In this document: piece by piece, positions 1 through 9,863 of the stretch | Layout of the letters: the number at the start of each line of letters is the position of its first letter | Numbering within the stretch: the stretch's first letter is position 1 | From: Candidatus Moraniibacteriota bacterium | GTDB taxonomy: Bacteria > Patescibacteriota > Minisyncoccia > Moranbacterales > UBA2206 | Direction: 5' to 3' | NCBI GenBank assembly: GCA_003483065.1 | Contig: DMWY01000007.1 | Location: 10,452-74,451, forward strand | Length of the DNA stretch: 64,000 bases | Notes under the pieces: generated by a model | Databases searched by the model: none | The model's input: the letters and a program-made list of their open reading frames with translations, nothing else | What the model was told of the DNA's origin: nothing | Made by a program: the position numbers and the translations under genes

Positions 1-460
1 TTAAGATATCATATTTCGTCGCCTCGGAAATGGCAATTATCCCGTCACTTCTTCGCACTGCCCAGCCGACCAAAAGATTGAGCTTTAATAAATCACCGGC
101 CCTGAAATGATCAGGGAAATATTTGAAAGCTAAATCATGAATCGTCACCACTGTTTTCATTTTCTTGTTGCGAAAGAGTGGAATGTTATGCATTGGCATC
201 CAAAGTACATCTGGTTTTTCCCAAAAAAGACTGAGACACAGACGAATTTGCGTCCAAAAAAATGGAAAAGGAATTTTCCAAATTTTATAATTAGAAAAAC
301 TTGCCGGAGTGAGCTCCGGATTAAAATTCTTCTTGTGATAAATTAGAAATTGACTTTTTGGATCAAGTTGCCCGAAATATTTCAGCATATTTAGAATATA
401 CACCCTAGTTCCATCAATTCGCGCCCAATCCAAATCTGCCGCCTGAATAGCAATTTTCAT
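1..460 (-). CDS. Glycosyltransferase family 4 (GT1/GT4 fold), N-terminal part; runs off the window start
   Basis: Minus-strand translation from ATG at 458-460 (RBS-like AAGGAAAGG upstream) gives MKIAIQAADL...GTRVYILNMLKYF..., the typical N-terminus of Glyco_trans_4/GT4 enzymes. One nt separates it from the upstream gene's stop, suggesting translational coupling. Confidence 0.55.
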   Translation of the reverse strand, partial: MKIAIQAADLDWARIDGTRVYILNMLKYFGQLDPKSQFLIYHKKNFNPELTPASFSNYKIWKIPFPFFWTQIRLCLSLFWEKPDVLWMPMHNIPLFRNKKMKTVVTIHDLAFKYFPDHFRAGDLLKLNLLVGWAVRRSDGIIAISEATKYDIL

Positions 461-461
461 A

Positions 462-1949
462 TTAACAAACCTTTCCTTTTTTAATATTTTTAACGAATTC
501 AGAAAATCCAACTTGCTTATCTTGATCATGCATGGCTTTTACCGCCACCGGAGTAGTTGCTGGAGATTTCCAGTTATAAATCGGTTTCAAATTTTTTCGC
601 ATAACATAGGCGGTTTTAACTAGAAAATTCGTATTGCCCTGTGGAGTATTCGCATAGATATAGTTACAAGGATCACCACTTTGGTTGAAGGTGCTTTTAA
701 CTTCAAATGATATTGGTAATCCTTTTTCTTTCATGAGCCGATAAGACTTTGCTGGATTTGGAAAATGATTGAAATTTTTATTAAGATGTTTAATATTCTC
801 ATTTTTTATATCCTTGAGCTGATTAGTCTCGATCATAACCACACGATTAAGTTTTTTGTCAAAAAAGCAAGCTCCGCCTTTTTGAGGCTTGATTGGATTT
901 TGAGCAACAATTTCCATGACCATTCCGTATCCTTTTTTTCCTAAATCAAGAGCCAGGGAAAGACTAGGAAGATCAATAGAGCAAGTTAAATATCCCAAAT
1001 CTTCAACGTTATATGAAAGTAAGTCATCGTGTTGTGCTAGAATTTTTTCGAATTCGGTATTGGAAATAAAAACTTTCTTACCCGTATTTTTAGGATTTAC
1101 ACGAAAAACAACGCTGTCATGAATTTTCTGCATAACCATTTGCCCATGGTTATGAAGCCGTTTATTTTTTTCGGTTGTACGATCGTAATATAGGCATCCG
1201 TCCTTAATATAAATACCATGAAAACTGCGCTGGATCATAAAATATACTTTTTTAGGATTGAGACCAAAAAAATCAAATCGCTTAAACTCTTCGATAATAT
1301 CTTCGGCTGTCTGTTCATTTAGAATCATCAAAATTGTCTGTTTAGCCAAAACTTTTCTTGGATTTTGCTTGTTTTTCTTAGCAAGTTTAATTACATCAAA
1401 AACCATTTGTAACATATGACGGTTTCCCAGAGAAATATTAGCCAAAGATCCTGGATTAACATGGGAAATTCTCAGCACTGTTTCACTATTAATTTCCTTG
1501 TTTATCTTTTTCTTTTCTTTAATTAATGAGACTCCAGAAACTCCTTTTTTTATAATTTCTTTAATAGCTTCCTGTCTCATATGATTAACAATTTCTTCTA
1601 TGGAAAACTGAGATGGACTTAGAAGGTATTTTGTACCAAGGCCCAAGCGAGTTGCTTCCCCTGCTGCGGCATGCTCCCAAAGAAATTTACCATCAAGAAT
1701 TGCTTTTTCTGCCTGAGTTGTACTGATTTTATCATCATCCAAAATTATAATTTTATCTTCTTTGAGGGGTACAAGATTATCAAAATTCTCATAAGCATTT
1801 ATTTCTAGCTCATGCTTTTTTATATCATCAATAGAGATGTTTTTTGTATTTTTGAAATATGAATCCAACATCCATTCAATATATCGTAAAATTGAAATGC
1901 TATATTCCTCAAATGAATCTAGATGAATTTTTGGTTTTTTATCATTCAT
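462..1949 (-). CDS. UDP-sugar pyrophosphorylase (UDPGP family, UTP-glucose-1-phosphate uridylyltransferase-like) protein
   Basis: 495 aa; AAGEATRLGLGTKYL resembles the GGxGTRLG nucleotide-binding loop of UDPGP/UAP enzymes; size fits that family; sits in a sugar-nucleotide context. Confidence 0.45.
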   Translation of the reverse strand: MNDKKPKIHLDSFEEYSISILRYIEWMLDSYFKNTKNISIDDIKKHELEINAYENFDNLVPLKEDKIIILDDDKISTTQAEKAILDGKFLWEHAAAGEATRLGLGTKYLLSPSQFSIEEIVNHMRQEAIKEIIKKGVSGVSLIKEKKKINKEINSETVLRISHVNPGSLANISLGNRHMLQMVFDVIKLAKKNKQNPRKVLAKQTILMILNEQTAEDIIEEFKRFDFFGLNPKKVYFMIQRSFHGIYIKDGCLYYDRTTEKNKRLHNHGQMVMQKIHDSVVFRVNPKNTGKKVFISNTEFEKILAQHDDLLSYNVEDLGYLTCSIDLPSLSLALDLGKKGYGMVMEIVAQNPIKPQKGGACFFDKKLNRVVMIETNQLKDIKNENIKHLNKNFNHFPNPAKSYRLMKEKGLPISFEVKSTFNQSGDPCNYIYANTPQGNTNFLVKTAYVMRKNLKPIYNWKSPATTPVAVKAMHDQDKQVGFSEFVKNIKKGKVC

Positions 1950-1969
1950 ACATGCGTTAAAATAAGTTA

Positions 1970-2767
1970 TTAAATTAATCTTTTTTTGGCTATTGCTTTT
2001 AGTTCTTCATTGAATTCCGAAATAGCTTTATCCATAATTGGATCGAATTTTTTGTAAATTTTTTTTTCTTTGACAATATTTCCCGCTTCTAGGAGAGTGT
2101 CGAATGTTCCGGCATCCAACCACGCACCAGAGAAAGTACTCACTTCCAACTCTCCTTTTTCCAGATAAAAATTATGCAGTGATGTTATTTCTTTTTCTCC
2201 TCTCTCGGATGGAATCACGTTCTTAGCTGCATCTGATACTCGATTGTCAAAAATATAAAGTCCTGGAATAGCATAATCACTTAACCATTCACTTGGTTTT
2301 TCTATAATTTTCACCGCCTTATTATTCTCATCAAATTTTACCACGCCATAACGCTCCGGATCAGGAACTTTTTTAGCAAAAATTTTTCCGCCAGACTTGA
2401 AATTCTTAATATCCTCAGAAAAATCATCTTCGAAAATATTGTCCCCTAAAATCATCGTCACATTGCCATTGTCAATGAAATCTTCGCCTAAAACAAAAGC
2501 CTCCGTCAAGCCTTTGGGCAATTTTTGCACCTTAAAATCAATGCGAATGTCATATTTTTCAAAAATTGAACCCAAAAGATTCAAATATTGCCCACTGTGT
2601 TCCGGCGCTACAATAATCAAAATGTCTTTTATACCAGCCTTAATGAGCGTATTAAGTGGATAAAAAATCATCTGCCTGTCATAGACCGGCAAAAGTTGCT
2701 TCGAAGTTGTCGCGGTGAGCGGAAAAAGCCTTGTCGCTGTTCCACCCGAGAGAATAATGCCTTTCAT
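1970..2767 (-). CDS. rmlA: Glucose-1-phosphate thymidylyltransferase RmlA
   Basis: MKGIILSGGTATRLFPLTATTSKQLLPVYDRQMIFYPL matches the RmlA N-terminal signature. The internal ATG at 2765-2767 is the likely start; the longer ORF to 2842 adds a non-conserved leader. Confidence 0.85.
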   Translation of the reverse strand: MKGIILSGGTATRLFPLTATTSKQLLPVYDRQMIFYPLNTLIKAGIKDILIIVAPEHSGQYLNLLGSIFEKYDIRIDFKVQKLPKGLTEAFVLGEDFIDNGNVTMILGDNIFEDDFSEDIKNFKSGGKIFAKKVPDPERYGVVKFDENNKAVKIIEKPSEWLSDYAIPGLYIFDNRVSDAAKNVIPSERGEKEITSLHNFYLEKGELEVSTFSGAWLDAGTFDTLLEAGNIVKEKKIYKKFDPIMDKAISEFNEELKAIAKKRLI

Positions 2768-2838
2768 AAATTTATTTTCATCTATAAAACAAATACTTTT
2801 AGGAAGCGGGGAGATGGAAATATCCATCTCCCCTAATT

Positions 2839-3057
2839 TCAATGTGCAAAAGAGGCCATAATCCCATCAAGATCTTTTTCAATTTCTTGCCACTCAGTCT
2901 GTGTTAAATTTATAAGCCACGGGTCATCCTGATAACGAATAAAAGGTATAATCCTTTTTTCTCGTTGTTCATGGATGTATTGAGGCGTTACATCTTCTGA
3001 TTTAACACCATCTTCTATGGCAATAAGGTCCTTGAATAGTTTTTTCAGATTCGACAT
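2839..3057 (-). CDS. Hypothetical small protein (72 aa)
   Basis: Intact ORF between glyA and rmlA on the same strand; no recognisable motif. Confidence 0.3.
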   Translation of the reverse strand: MSNLKKLFKDLIAIEDGVKSEDVTPQYIHEQREKRIIPFIRYQDDPWLINLTQTEWQEIEKDLDGIMASFAH

Positions 3058-3148
3058 GTGTTTCCTCCTTATATGTTTTTATTATTTTAGTTGATCTGAA
3101 CCTCCTAGAAATATTTGTTTTAAAGAGCAATACGTTAAACGACTTAAA

Positions 3149-4393
3149 TTATTTTAAATTCTTGTAAAGTGGAAACTTTCTGCAAAGCTTAATAACTTCA
3201 TTATGAATTTTCTTCAATTCTTTTTTATCATCCTTATTTTCAATCGCATCCTTTATCCATTTGGAAATAATTTTTATCTCTTTTTCTTTCATTCCACGAG
3301 TTGTGATGGCTGGCACGCCAATGCGAATCCCGCTTGGGTCCATCGGATTTCTTGTGTCGTTGGGAATCATATTTTTGTTAAGTGAAATTCCAATTTCGTC
3401 CAAGGCTTCTTGGGCCTCTTTTCCGCTGACGCCTTTTGAACCCCAAACATCCACTAGCACCATATGATTGTCTGTTCCACCAAAACAAATGTCAAATCCA
3501 TATTTTTTCAGCTCTTGTTCCAAAATTTTGGCATTTTTTATAGTTTGCACAGCATATTTTTTGAAAGCTGGTTTCAAAGCTTCACCAAATGCCACCGCTT
3601 TGGCCGCAATATTGTTTTCATGTGGTCCACCTTGAAAACCAGGAAAAGTGGCTTTGTCAATTGCCTTGGCGAATTTTTCTTTGCACATAATCATTCCACC
3701 ACGCGGACCACGCAAAGTTTTGTGAGTTGTGGTGGTGACGATGTCAAAATATGGCACGGGATTTGGAAGGGCCTTGCCTGCAATTAGCCCAGCAATATGA
3801 GCAATGTCAAACATCGTGATCGCCCCCACTTTTTTGGCAATAGCTTGAAATTTTTTATAATCCAATTGTCTTGTATAAGCTGAAAATCCTGCCAAAATCA
3901 TTTTCGGTTTTTCTTTGACTGCCATTTTTTCCAATTCTCTATAGTCTATTTTTCCAAATGCATCTGTTTTATATCGCACAAAATTATATATCTTCGCGCT
4001 AAGCGTCACAGGATGACCATGCGTCAAATGTCCGCCGTGCGCCAAATCCATCCCCAAAACCTTGTCTCCTGGCTTCAAAACTGCGCTATAGGCGATCATA
4101 TTAGCCGGTGCGCCGGAAAGTGGCTGAACATTCACATGCTCCGCGCCAAAAAGCTTTTTTGCTCGAGCAATTGCCAAGCTTTCCACCACATCAGTATATT
4201 CTTGCCCGCCATAATAACGATGCCCCGGATAACCTTCACTATATTTATTAGTAAAAACAGATCCCAGCGCTTCAAGCACCGCCTCTGAAACATAATTTTC
4301 ACTGGCAATCATTTCCATACCCTCTTGTTGACGCTTCAATTCGCCCATCGTTGCTCTATAAACTTCCTTGTCTTGGTTTTTGATATTTTTCAT
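3149..4393 (-). CDS. glyA: Serine hydroxymethyltransferase
   Basis: MIASENYVSEAVLEALGSVFTNKYSEGYPGHRYYGG...HLTHGHP are classic SHMT motifs; 414 aa. Confidence 0.95.
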   Translation of the reverse strand: MKNIKNQDKEVYRATMGELKRQQEGMEMIASENYVSEAVLEALGSVFTNKYSEGYPGHRYYGGQEYTDVVESLAIARAKKLFGAEHVNVQPLSGAPANMIAYSAVLKPGDKVLGMDLAHGGHLTHGHPVTLSAKIYNFVRYKTDAFGKIDYRELEKMAVKEKPKMILAGFSAYTRQLDYKKFQAIAKKVGAITMFDIAHIAGLIAGKALPNPVPYFDIVTTTTHKTLRGPRGGMIMCKEKFAKAIDKATFPGFQGGPHENNIAAKAVAFGEALKPAFKKYAVQTIKNAKILEQELKKYGFDICFGGTDNHMVLVDVWGSKGVSGKEAQEALDEIGISLNKNMIPNDTRNPMDPSGIRIGVPAITTRGMKEKEIKIISKWIKDAIENKDDKKELKKIHNEVIKLCRKFPLYKNLK

Positions 4394-4465
4394 ATGTTAT
4401 CAATGACCAATGATCAGAGATCAAAGATCAAAATATAATGAATTAATTTTCTTACTTTTTATTGT

Positions 4466-5461
4466 TCATTGTTCTTTGTTCATTGATTTCAAATATTCTT
4501 TCAACGCTTCCTTCCAACTTCTCATTGGATTTAATTTAGTATTAACTAAAACTGAATAAAACGGCCTTTTGGCTGGACGAGGAAATTCATTGCCGTCAAC
4601 TGGGATAATTTTAGTCTTTATCTTCGCCTGACGATATAATTCTACCGCGGCTTCGTACCATGTGCAAGGACCGCTATTCACAATGTGATATATCCCAAAA
4701 GGCTTCTTGGCGTCAAGTATTTCTTTGGTTTTTTTGGCTAAATCTGGCGCATAAGTGAAACAACTCGTTTCTTCGTCCACTGCCTTAACCCTGTTAAATA
4801 CGCCTTTGGCGTCCCCGCTTTGCGGGGATTTAACAGGGTGAACTTCTTTATTTTTCTTTCCCGCTTCGAGCATCACATCAAAAAAACTTCTTTTCGCTCC
4901 TTCTCCTATGGCTGGCTTACCAAATAACTTAGAAAGTCGAATAATGTAATAACTTTTAGTATTTTTTGCTACTTCTTTTTCCCCGATTAATTTCGACTTT
5001 CCATAATTACTTATTGGACTAGGTTTCGCATTTTCATCAAATCCAACCTCTGGCTGAAAGCCTTGATGAAGAGAACAAGAAGCACAGGAGTGGGAGCAAC
5101 CAGCAGGTTCAGGAATTTCAGGCTCACCATTAAAAACATAGTCTGTGGAATAATGCACCAGCACAGCTTTGTTTTTTTTGGCTGACGCCGCTAAATATCC
5201 GGGCGCCAAACCATTTATTTTCTTAGCTATTTCATATTCCTTTTTGGATTCTTCGCACTTATCCACCGCATTATATGCCGCCGCGTTGATGATAATATTA
5301 GGTTTGGTAAATCCAATTTTTTTGGAAACTTCCTTTTCTTTAGAAATATCAATATCCTCCTTATCCCAAGCAATTACCTTATAATCCTTGTCTTTTTTGA
5401 ATGTTTTGACCAATTCCTGCCCCAACATTCCCTTGCTTCCTATAATTAATATCTTTTGCAT
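4466..5461 (-). CDS. rmlD: dTDP-4-dehydrorhamnose reductase RmlD, with an unusual Cys-rich insertion
   Basis: MQKILIIGSKGMLGQELV (Rossmann GxxGxxG), STDYVF and YGKSKLIGE (catalytic YxxxK) fit RmlD. Start set at the internal ATG 5459-5461. About 25 extra residues carry four Cys (AGCSHSCASCSLHQG). Confidence 0.8.
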   Translation of the reverse strand: MQKILIIGSKGMLGQELVKTFKKDKDYKVIAWDKEDIDISKEKEVSKKIGFTKPNIIINAAAYNAVDKCEESKKEYEIAKKINGLAPGYLAASAKKNKAVLVHYSTDYVFNGEPEIPEPAGCSHSCASCSLHQGFQPEVGFDENAKPSPISNYGKSKLIGEKEVAKNTKSYYIIRLSKLFGKPAIGEGAKRSFFDVMLEAGKKNKEVHPVKSPQSGDAKGVFNRVKAVDEETSCFTYAPDLAKKTKEILDAKKPFGIYHIVNSGPCTWYEAAVELYRQAKIKTKIIPVDGNEFPRPAKRPFYSVLVNTKLNPMRSWKEALKEYLKSMNKEQ

Positions 5462-5621
5462 AAAAAATTTGATAATTATTAGATAATTTTGGCTTTTTTG
5501 AACCATTTATTTCACTATTGACATATTTTCCAAATCTGGTAGTATTATATATAGAAAAAGGCTTTCGGCCGTGGTTTATACACCACACTTAGCGGAGGGT
5601 CTTTTTTTATTTATCCGCATA

Positions 5622-6041
5622 TCATGGACCGTCTGTTGGAAAAACGGAAATTAAAAACTTTTGACTTTTCTTTTTCTCTTCTTTAATTTGCACACAAAAT
5701 AATTCATGTTCCGCTGTTATACCATAAAAACGATGCAATATTTCTGAGGATGTGTTTGGGTTTTCTTTTGATTTCGGCTCAAATCGTGAATTTCTAATTA
5801 ATTCTACAGCACAACTAAAATATTTCATACGCCTTACTCGATCACGCCAATTTTCTTTTTCAAACAAATGATGCCAAAACAAATCTATAAATACCTTATC
5901 CTTATTAAAATATGCTGATCGCAAATATGCACGACGTTTCGATTTTCTTTTTATCTGCGAGTAAAGTCCAAAAGCTTTTTGATGAACCTCACTAAAATCA
6001 GAACCTGAATATTTTTTAATTTTTGTTTTATATATTTTCAT
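5622..6041 (-). CDS. Hypothetical basic protein (~140 aa)
   Basis: ORF 5622..6077; the internal Met MKIYKTKIKK is the likelier start. Lys/Arg-rich; overlaps the 3' end of the upstream methyltransferase-like gene in another frame; no family recognised. Confidence 0.35.
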   Translation of the reverse strand: MKIYKTKIKKYSGSDFSEVHQKAFGLYSQIKRKSKRRAYLRSAYFNKDKVFIDLFWHHLFEKENWRDRVRRMKYFSCAVELIRNSRFEPKSKENPNTSSEILHRFYGITAEHELFCVQIKEEKKKSQKFLISVFPTDGP

Positions 6042-6918
6042 CCTTCTCGATAGCTTTATAAATATGAACCCTGTCAAACATATCCATCATACTTTCTTCT
6101 TCTGATAATCTCAGAAATCCTCCTTCATTACCTCCAAACATACTACTACGCACTAAAAATCCACTTTCCGGATCAAGAACTCGCGCGATTTCTTTTTCAC
6201 AATCCTCAATATATTTTTCTATTTCTTCATTTTTTTGCCTCTCGTTTTTTCCAGAAAAAACATATCCGTCCGTACCAATAGACATAACTCCAACTGAATG
6301 ATCGGGTAATCTTCTTAGAAATGTCAATGCATCTTCGGGGACAATAGCATAAGGAATTTCTTTCGGTATTTTAAATCCTTTTCTAAAAAACATCTTGTCT
6401 TCTTCACCATAACCCTCTATCATCGCATATTCGAGTCCTTCATGATTATGAGGTTCGACTGCAATATATCCCGATACTTCCAACATTTGAGCAATTTTTT
6501 TTCCTCCAATATTTCCACCAGCACCTAGATCTATGATTGGTTTATCCTTAAATAAATTTCTTATTTGATTGAATTTCTGTCCATGATTTTTCCTTAGGTC
6601 AATATTTAATGCTCGTTGCACTGCACCCGTAAAGGATGTTTCAAAATCTTTTCCTACTTTTCCTTCAATTGCTTTACCAATATTCTTGGTAGGTTTATTT
6701 CTAAAAATATCATTCATTTTTACAAGATCATCTATATTGAGACCAGGTACAATATCTTCAGGCGACACATATCTTTTCACCTTGTCTTTCATTTTAAGTG
6801 CCCCTTCTTGATCTGATACTATTTTTTGGGCTTTTTCACTTTCTGATAAATTATCAAATTCTTGTTGTATGAATTCTGCATTTTTCTTGTCCCGATTGAT
6901 AATATCTTCAAAACTCAT
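6028..6918 (-). CDS. Putative SAM-dependent methyltransferase-like protein
   Basis: IIDLGAGGNIGGKKIAQMLEVSGYIAVEP resembles Rossmann MTase motif I (hhDhGxGxG) followed by an acidic post-I residue; 296 aa with an N-terminal extension. Confidence 0.4.
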   Translation of the reverse strand: MSFEDIINRDKKNAEFIQQEFDNLSESEKAQKIVSDQEGALKMKDKVKRYVSPEDIVPGLNIDDLVKMNDIFRNKPTKNIGKAIEGKVGKDFETSFTGAVQRALNIDLRKNHGQKFNQIRNLFKDKPIIDLGAGGNIGGKKIAQMLEVSGYIAVEPHNHEGLEYAMIEGYGEEDKMFFRKGFKIPKEIPYAIVPEDALTFLRRLPDHSVGVMSIGTDGYVFSGKNERQKNEEIEKYIEDCEKEIARVLDPESGFLVRSSMFGGNEGGFLRLSEEESMMDMFDRVHIYKAIEKDENI

Positions 6919-7090
6919 ATATTTTATTTGGCTTAAAAAATTATCTATATTGACTTAATTCAACTAAATATTGCTAATTTCGCAAATATTATATACACTT
7001 AAATTATAGCTTGATTATAACAAAAAGAACCAAGAAACACAATCGAAATATTAGTATATTAGTAATTGATTAGTAATTAGTAAAGAACTC

Positions 7091-8155
7091 ATGAAAGAAC
7101 AAATCGAGAAAATTAGGCAGGAATATGAGGAAATTTCCACTGAGCTTAATAGCCCGGACATTTTTAGTGATGCCAAAAAAATGGGTGAGCTTGGCAAAAG
7201 ACAGGCTGAACTTTCAGAAACGATGGAGAATATAAACGAATTGGAAAGAATAGAAAAGTCGATGACAGAAAATGCCGTGATAATCAATTCTAATGAAGAA
7301 GATCCGGAAATGAAACAAATGGCTATGGAAGAAAATGTCACACTGAGCGCAAAAAAAGCCATCCTAGAAAAAGAATTAGAAAAAACTTTTCTCCCCAAAG
7401 ATCCCAATGATCATAAAAATGTTATCGTGGAAATTCGGGCTGGTGCCGGTGGAGATGAATCGGCTCTTTTTGCTGGAGATCTTTTTCAAATGTATGCTAA
7501 ATATGCGGAAAAAAATCGCTGGAGCACAGTACTTCTTAATTCTAATGTTATCGGAATTGGTGGATATAAGGAAGTTGTCTTTGAAATTAATGGTGCTGAT
7601 GTATATAGTAAAATGAAATATGAATCTGGTGTGCACCGCGTACAAAGAATCCCCGAAACGGAAAAAAATGGCCGAGTGCATACTTCCACCGCCACTGTGG
7701 CAGTTTTACCAGAAGCAGAAGAGGTGGACTTGAAGATAGAAGAAAAAGACATCAGAATTGACACTTTTTGCTCTTCTGGTCCCGGAGGACAGTCCGTCAA
7801 TACCACCAAATCAGCTGTGCGCATCACCCATATCCCAACTAATCTCATAGTTTCTTGCCAAGACGAAAAATCTCAAATTAAAAACAAAGAAAAGGCCATG
7901 AAAGTTTTGCGCTCTCGTCTTTTGCAATTGGAAGATGATCGAAAAGCCAAGGAATCAAGCGACGCGCGAAAATCTCAAATTGGCACGGGTGACCGCAGTG
8001 AAAAAATCCGCACTTACAATTTTCCACAAGACCGCATCACTGATCACCGCATAAAACAAAGCTGGAGTAATATTAAATCTATTTTGGAAGGAAATTTAGA
8101 TGAAATGATGGTTGTTCTGCAAGAGGAAGATGCAAAAAGAAAATTAGGGAAATAA
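7091..8155 (+). CDS. prfA: Peptide chain release factor 1
   Basis: GGQ motif ([23 protein letters not shown]) and the RF1 PxT-type domain; 354 aa. Confidence 0.95.
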   Translation: MKEQIEKIRQEYEEISTELNSPDIFSDAKKMGELGKRQAELSETMENINELERIEKSMTENAVIINSNEEDPEMKQMAMEENVTLSAKKAILEKELEKTFLPKDPNDHKNVIVEIRAGAGGDESALFAGDLFQMYAKYAEKNRWSTVLLNSNVIGIGGYKEVVFEINGADVYSKMKYESGVHRVQRIPETEKNGRVHTSTATVAVLPEAEEVDLKIEEKDIRIDTFCSSGPGGQSVNTTKSAVRITHIPTNLIVSCQDEKSQIKNKEKAMKVLRSRLLQLEDDRKAKESSDARKSQIGTGDRSEKIRTYNFPQDRITDHRIKQSWSNIKSILEGNLDEMMVVLQEEDAKRKLGK

Positions 8156-8208
8156 AAAAAGCCGTTGTTTATATAATTTCTATAAACAACGGCTTTAATA
8201 TTTTTTCT
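8154..8208. terminator. Bidirectional intrinsic terminator between prfA and the convergent ORF
   Basis: A-tract, 13-bp stem gccgttgtttata/tataaacaacggc (8161-8193), then a T-tract. Confidence 0.6.
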
Positions 8209-8223
8209 TGGAACAATATCCAT

Positions 8224-8640
8224 TTAACCCAGAGCCTCTTTCCAGAAATTATTTTTCATTATAATTCCTTCCAGATCTTCCCTTAAGAACTCCAGATTCT
8301 CTTTTCCGAGGTTAACCACGACATCGAGCAAGGCATAAATGCTTTTTGCGGTTACGCCAGTGCAGACCAAATCCGCATAGTGCATGTAGCTATAATTTCG
8401 TACTTTTGCGTCTTCGCTTCTCGGTTTATTACCGATACTTCCATCAACTTTTAACCCCAAGTACCGGAATAATACAAATGAATTAGTTTCCTTTTCAGCC
8501 TGTTGAAGATCTTGAACCATTTCTTCGCCCACCTTATTCAACCAAAAATCCCTATTCACTACAATCATCAATGCCCCTCTTCTATTTGGATGAGATAAAA
8601 AATCGCCCGCCCTAAGATCACGATAGTCTTGATAATGCAT
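8224..8640 (-). CDS. Hypothetical protein (138 aa); possible HEPN-like R-x5-H motif
   Basis: Lies between prfA and prmC on the opposite strand. Contains RNYSYMH (R-x5-H spacing as in HEPN RNase motifs), but the fold cannot be confirmed from sequence alone. Confidence 0.4.
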   Translation of the reverse strand: MHYQDYRDLRAGDFLSHPNRRGALMIVVNRDFWLNKVGEEMVQDLQQAEKETNSFVLFRYLGLKVDGSIGNKPRSEDAKVRNYSYMHYADLVCTGVTAKSIYALLDVVVNLGKENLEFLREDLEGIIMKNNFWKEALG

Positions 8641-8744
8641 AGCTATTTCCTCCCTTTTTTATAGTAAGAACTGCTTATTATTATGCTTTCCTTGCCTCTT
8701 TTAGTTTATTATAGTAGCATTATAAGAATAATTTTGTCAAAACA

Positions 8745-9680
8745 ATGCCAGAAACAATAAAAAATTTACTTAGCCACTCAATTAATAAACTATTGAAAAT
8801 TAGCTCCACTCCGCAATTTGATGCGGAGCTTTTGCTTGGCTTTATTCTCAAAAAACCTCGAGAATATATCCTTATTCACCCGGAATATAAATTAACCAAA
8901 ACACAAGAAACAAGATACAATAAAATCTTGCAAAGACGACTCAATTATGAACCAATCGCCTATATTCTTGCTCAAAAAGAGTTCTATGGCCTTAATTTCA
9001 AGGTCACTAAAGACACTCTTATCCCCCGCCCGGAAACAGAATCGCTCGTCGAACTCGCTTTATGTAGCATGAAACCTGCCTCTTCGGCAGGCAGGCATGA
9101 AACATATAACAAAAAGAATACAACTATTGTCGATATTGGCACGGGAAGTGGAAATATAATTATATCTATTGCAAAGAACAATGAACAACAATCAAAGAGC
9201 AGTGATAAAATTAAATACTTCGGAATTGATATTTCCAAAAAAGCTTTGTCTATTGCCAAACACAACGCCAAAAAAAATAAAGTTGATGACAAAATAAAAT
9301 TTTTAAAAGGAAATTTATTAGAACCAGTTATTAAAAATATAAATTGTTACATGTTTCATGCTTCATGTTCCATGATCATCATTGCCAATCTCCCTTATCT
9401 TTCCAAAAAAATTTATTCTGCTTGCGCACCTAATGTAAAAAAATTTGAACCGCGCTCTGCTTTGCTTTCTGGAATCGACGGACTCGATCATTATGAAAAA
9501 TTATTCCAACAGATACTAAAGATACAAGACACAAGATACAAGATACAAACTATTCTCGAAATTAGTCCTGAACAAAAACAAAAAATTGCAAAATTAATCA
9601 AAAAATACTTTCCTAATGCTAATATTGAATTTCAAAAAGATTTAGCCCAAAAATGGCGCGTCGTTAAATTATTTATTTAG
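8745..9680 (+). CDS. prmC: Release factor glutamine N5-methyltransferase PrmC (HemK)
   Basis: IVDIGTGSGNI (motif I) and NLPYL (NPPY-type motif IV); the N-terminal HemK domain is downstream of prfA. Confidence 0.85.
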   Translation: MPETIKNLLSHSINKLLKISSTPQFDAELLLGFILKKPREYILIHPEYKLTKTQETRYNKILQRRLNYEPIAYILAQKEFYGLNFKVTKDTLIPRPETESLVELALCSMKPASSAGRHETYNKKNTTIVDIGTGSGNIIISIAKNNEQQSKSSDKIKYFGIDISKKALSIAKHNAKKNKVDDKIKFLKGNLLEPVIKNINCYMFHASCSMIIIANLPYLSKKIYSACAPNVKKFEPRSALLSGIDGLDHYEKLFQQILKIQDTRYKIQTILEISPEQKQKIAKLIKKYFPNANIEFQKDLAQKWRVVKLFI

Positions 9681-9695
9681 AATAAGCCCTTTTTC

Positions 9696-9774
9696 ATTCG
9701 CATGGGCGCGTTCGCCCGCCTCGACTCGCGGAGACCGCTTGTCGACGCGAGGCGGGTAGCGCGCTATTCGCATG
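9696..9774. repeat. GC-rich palindromic insert (61 nt) flanked by the 9-bp direct repeat ATTCGCATG
   Basis: ATTCGCATG at 9696-9704 and 9766-9774 brackets a near-perfect hairpin (gcgcg..cccgcctcg..tcgac..gcgg aga ccgc..gtcga..cgaggcggg..gcgcgc). It is strongly GC-rich in an AT-rich genome. Confidence 0.4.
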
Positions 9775-9786
9775 CTTATTTTCAAA

Positions 9787-9816
9787 GCAAAAAATCGCGA
9801 TTTCGCGATTTTTTGC
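9787..9816. terminator. Bidirectional intrinsic terminator (perfect 30-nt palindrome)
   Basis: gcaaaaaatcgcga tt tcgcgattttttgc: A-tract, stem, T-tract on both strands; downstream of prmC. Confidence 0.65.
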
Positions 9817-9863
9817 TTTATCAATAATACCTAAGGCATTAAAGAACAATTATTTGAGAAAGA

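Noticed and set aside
137-346. Plus-strand 69-aa ORF at the window start
   Set aside because: It is antisense to the GT4 glycosyltransferase N-terminus, which has a strong family match on the minus strand.
3203-4288. Several 60-107-aa plus-strand ORFs inside glyA
   Set aside because: They are antisense to serine hydroxymethyltransferase. These are typical shadow ORFs of an AT-rich coding region.
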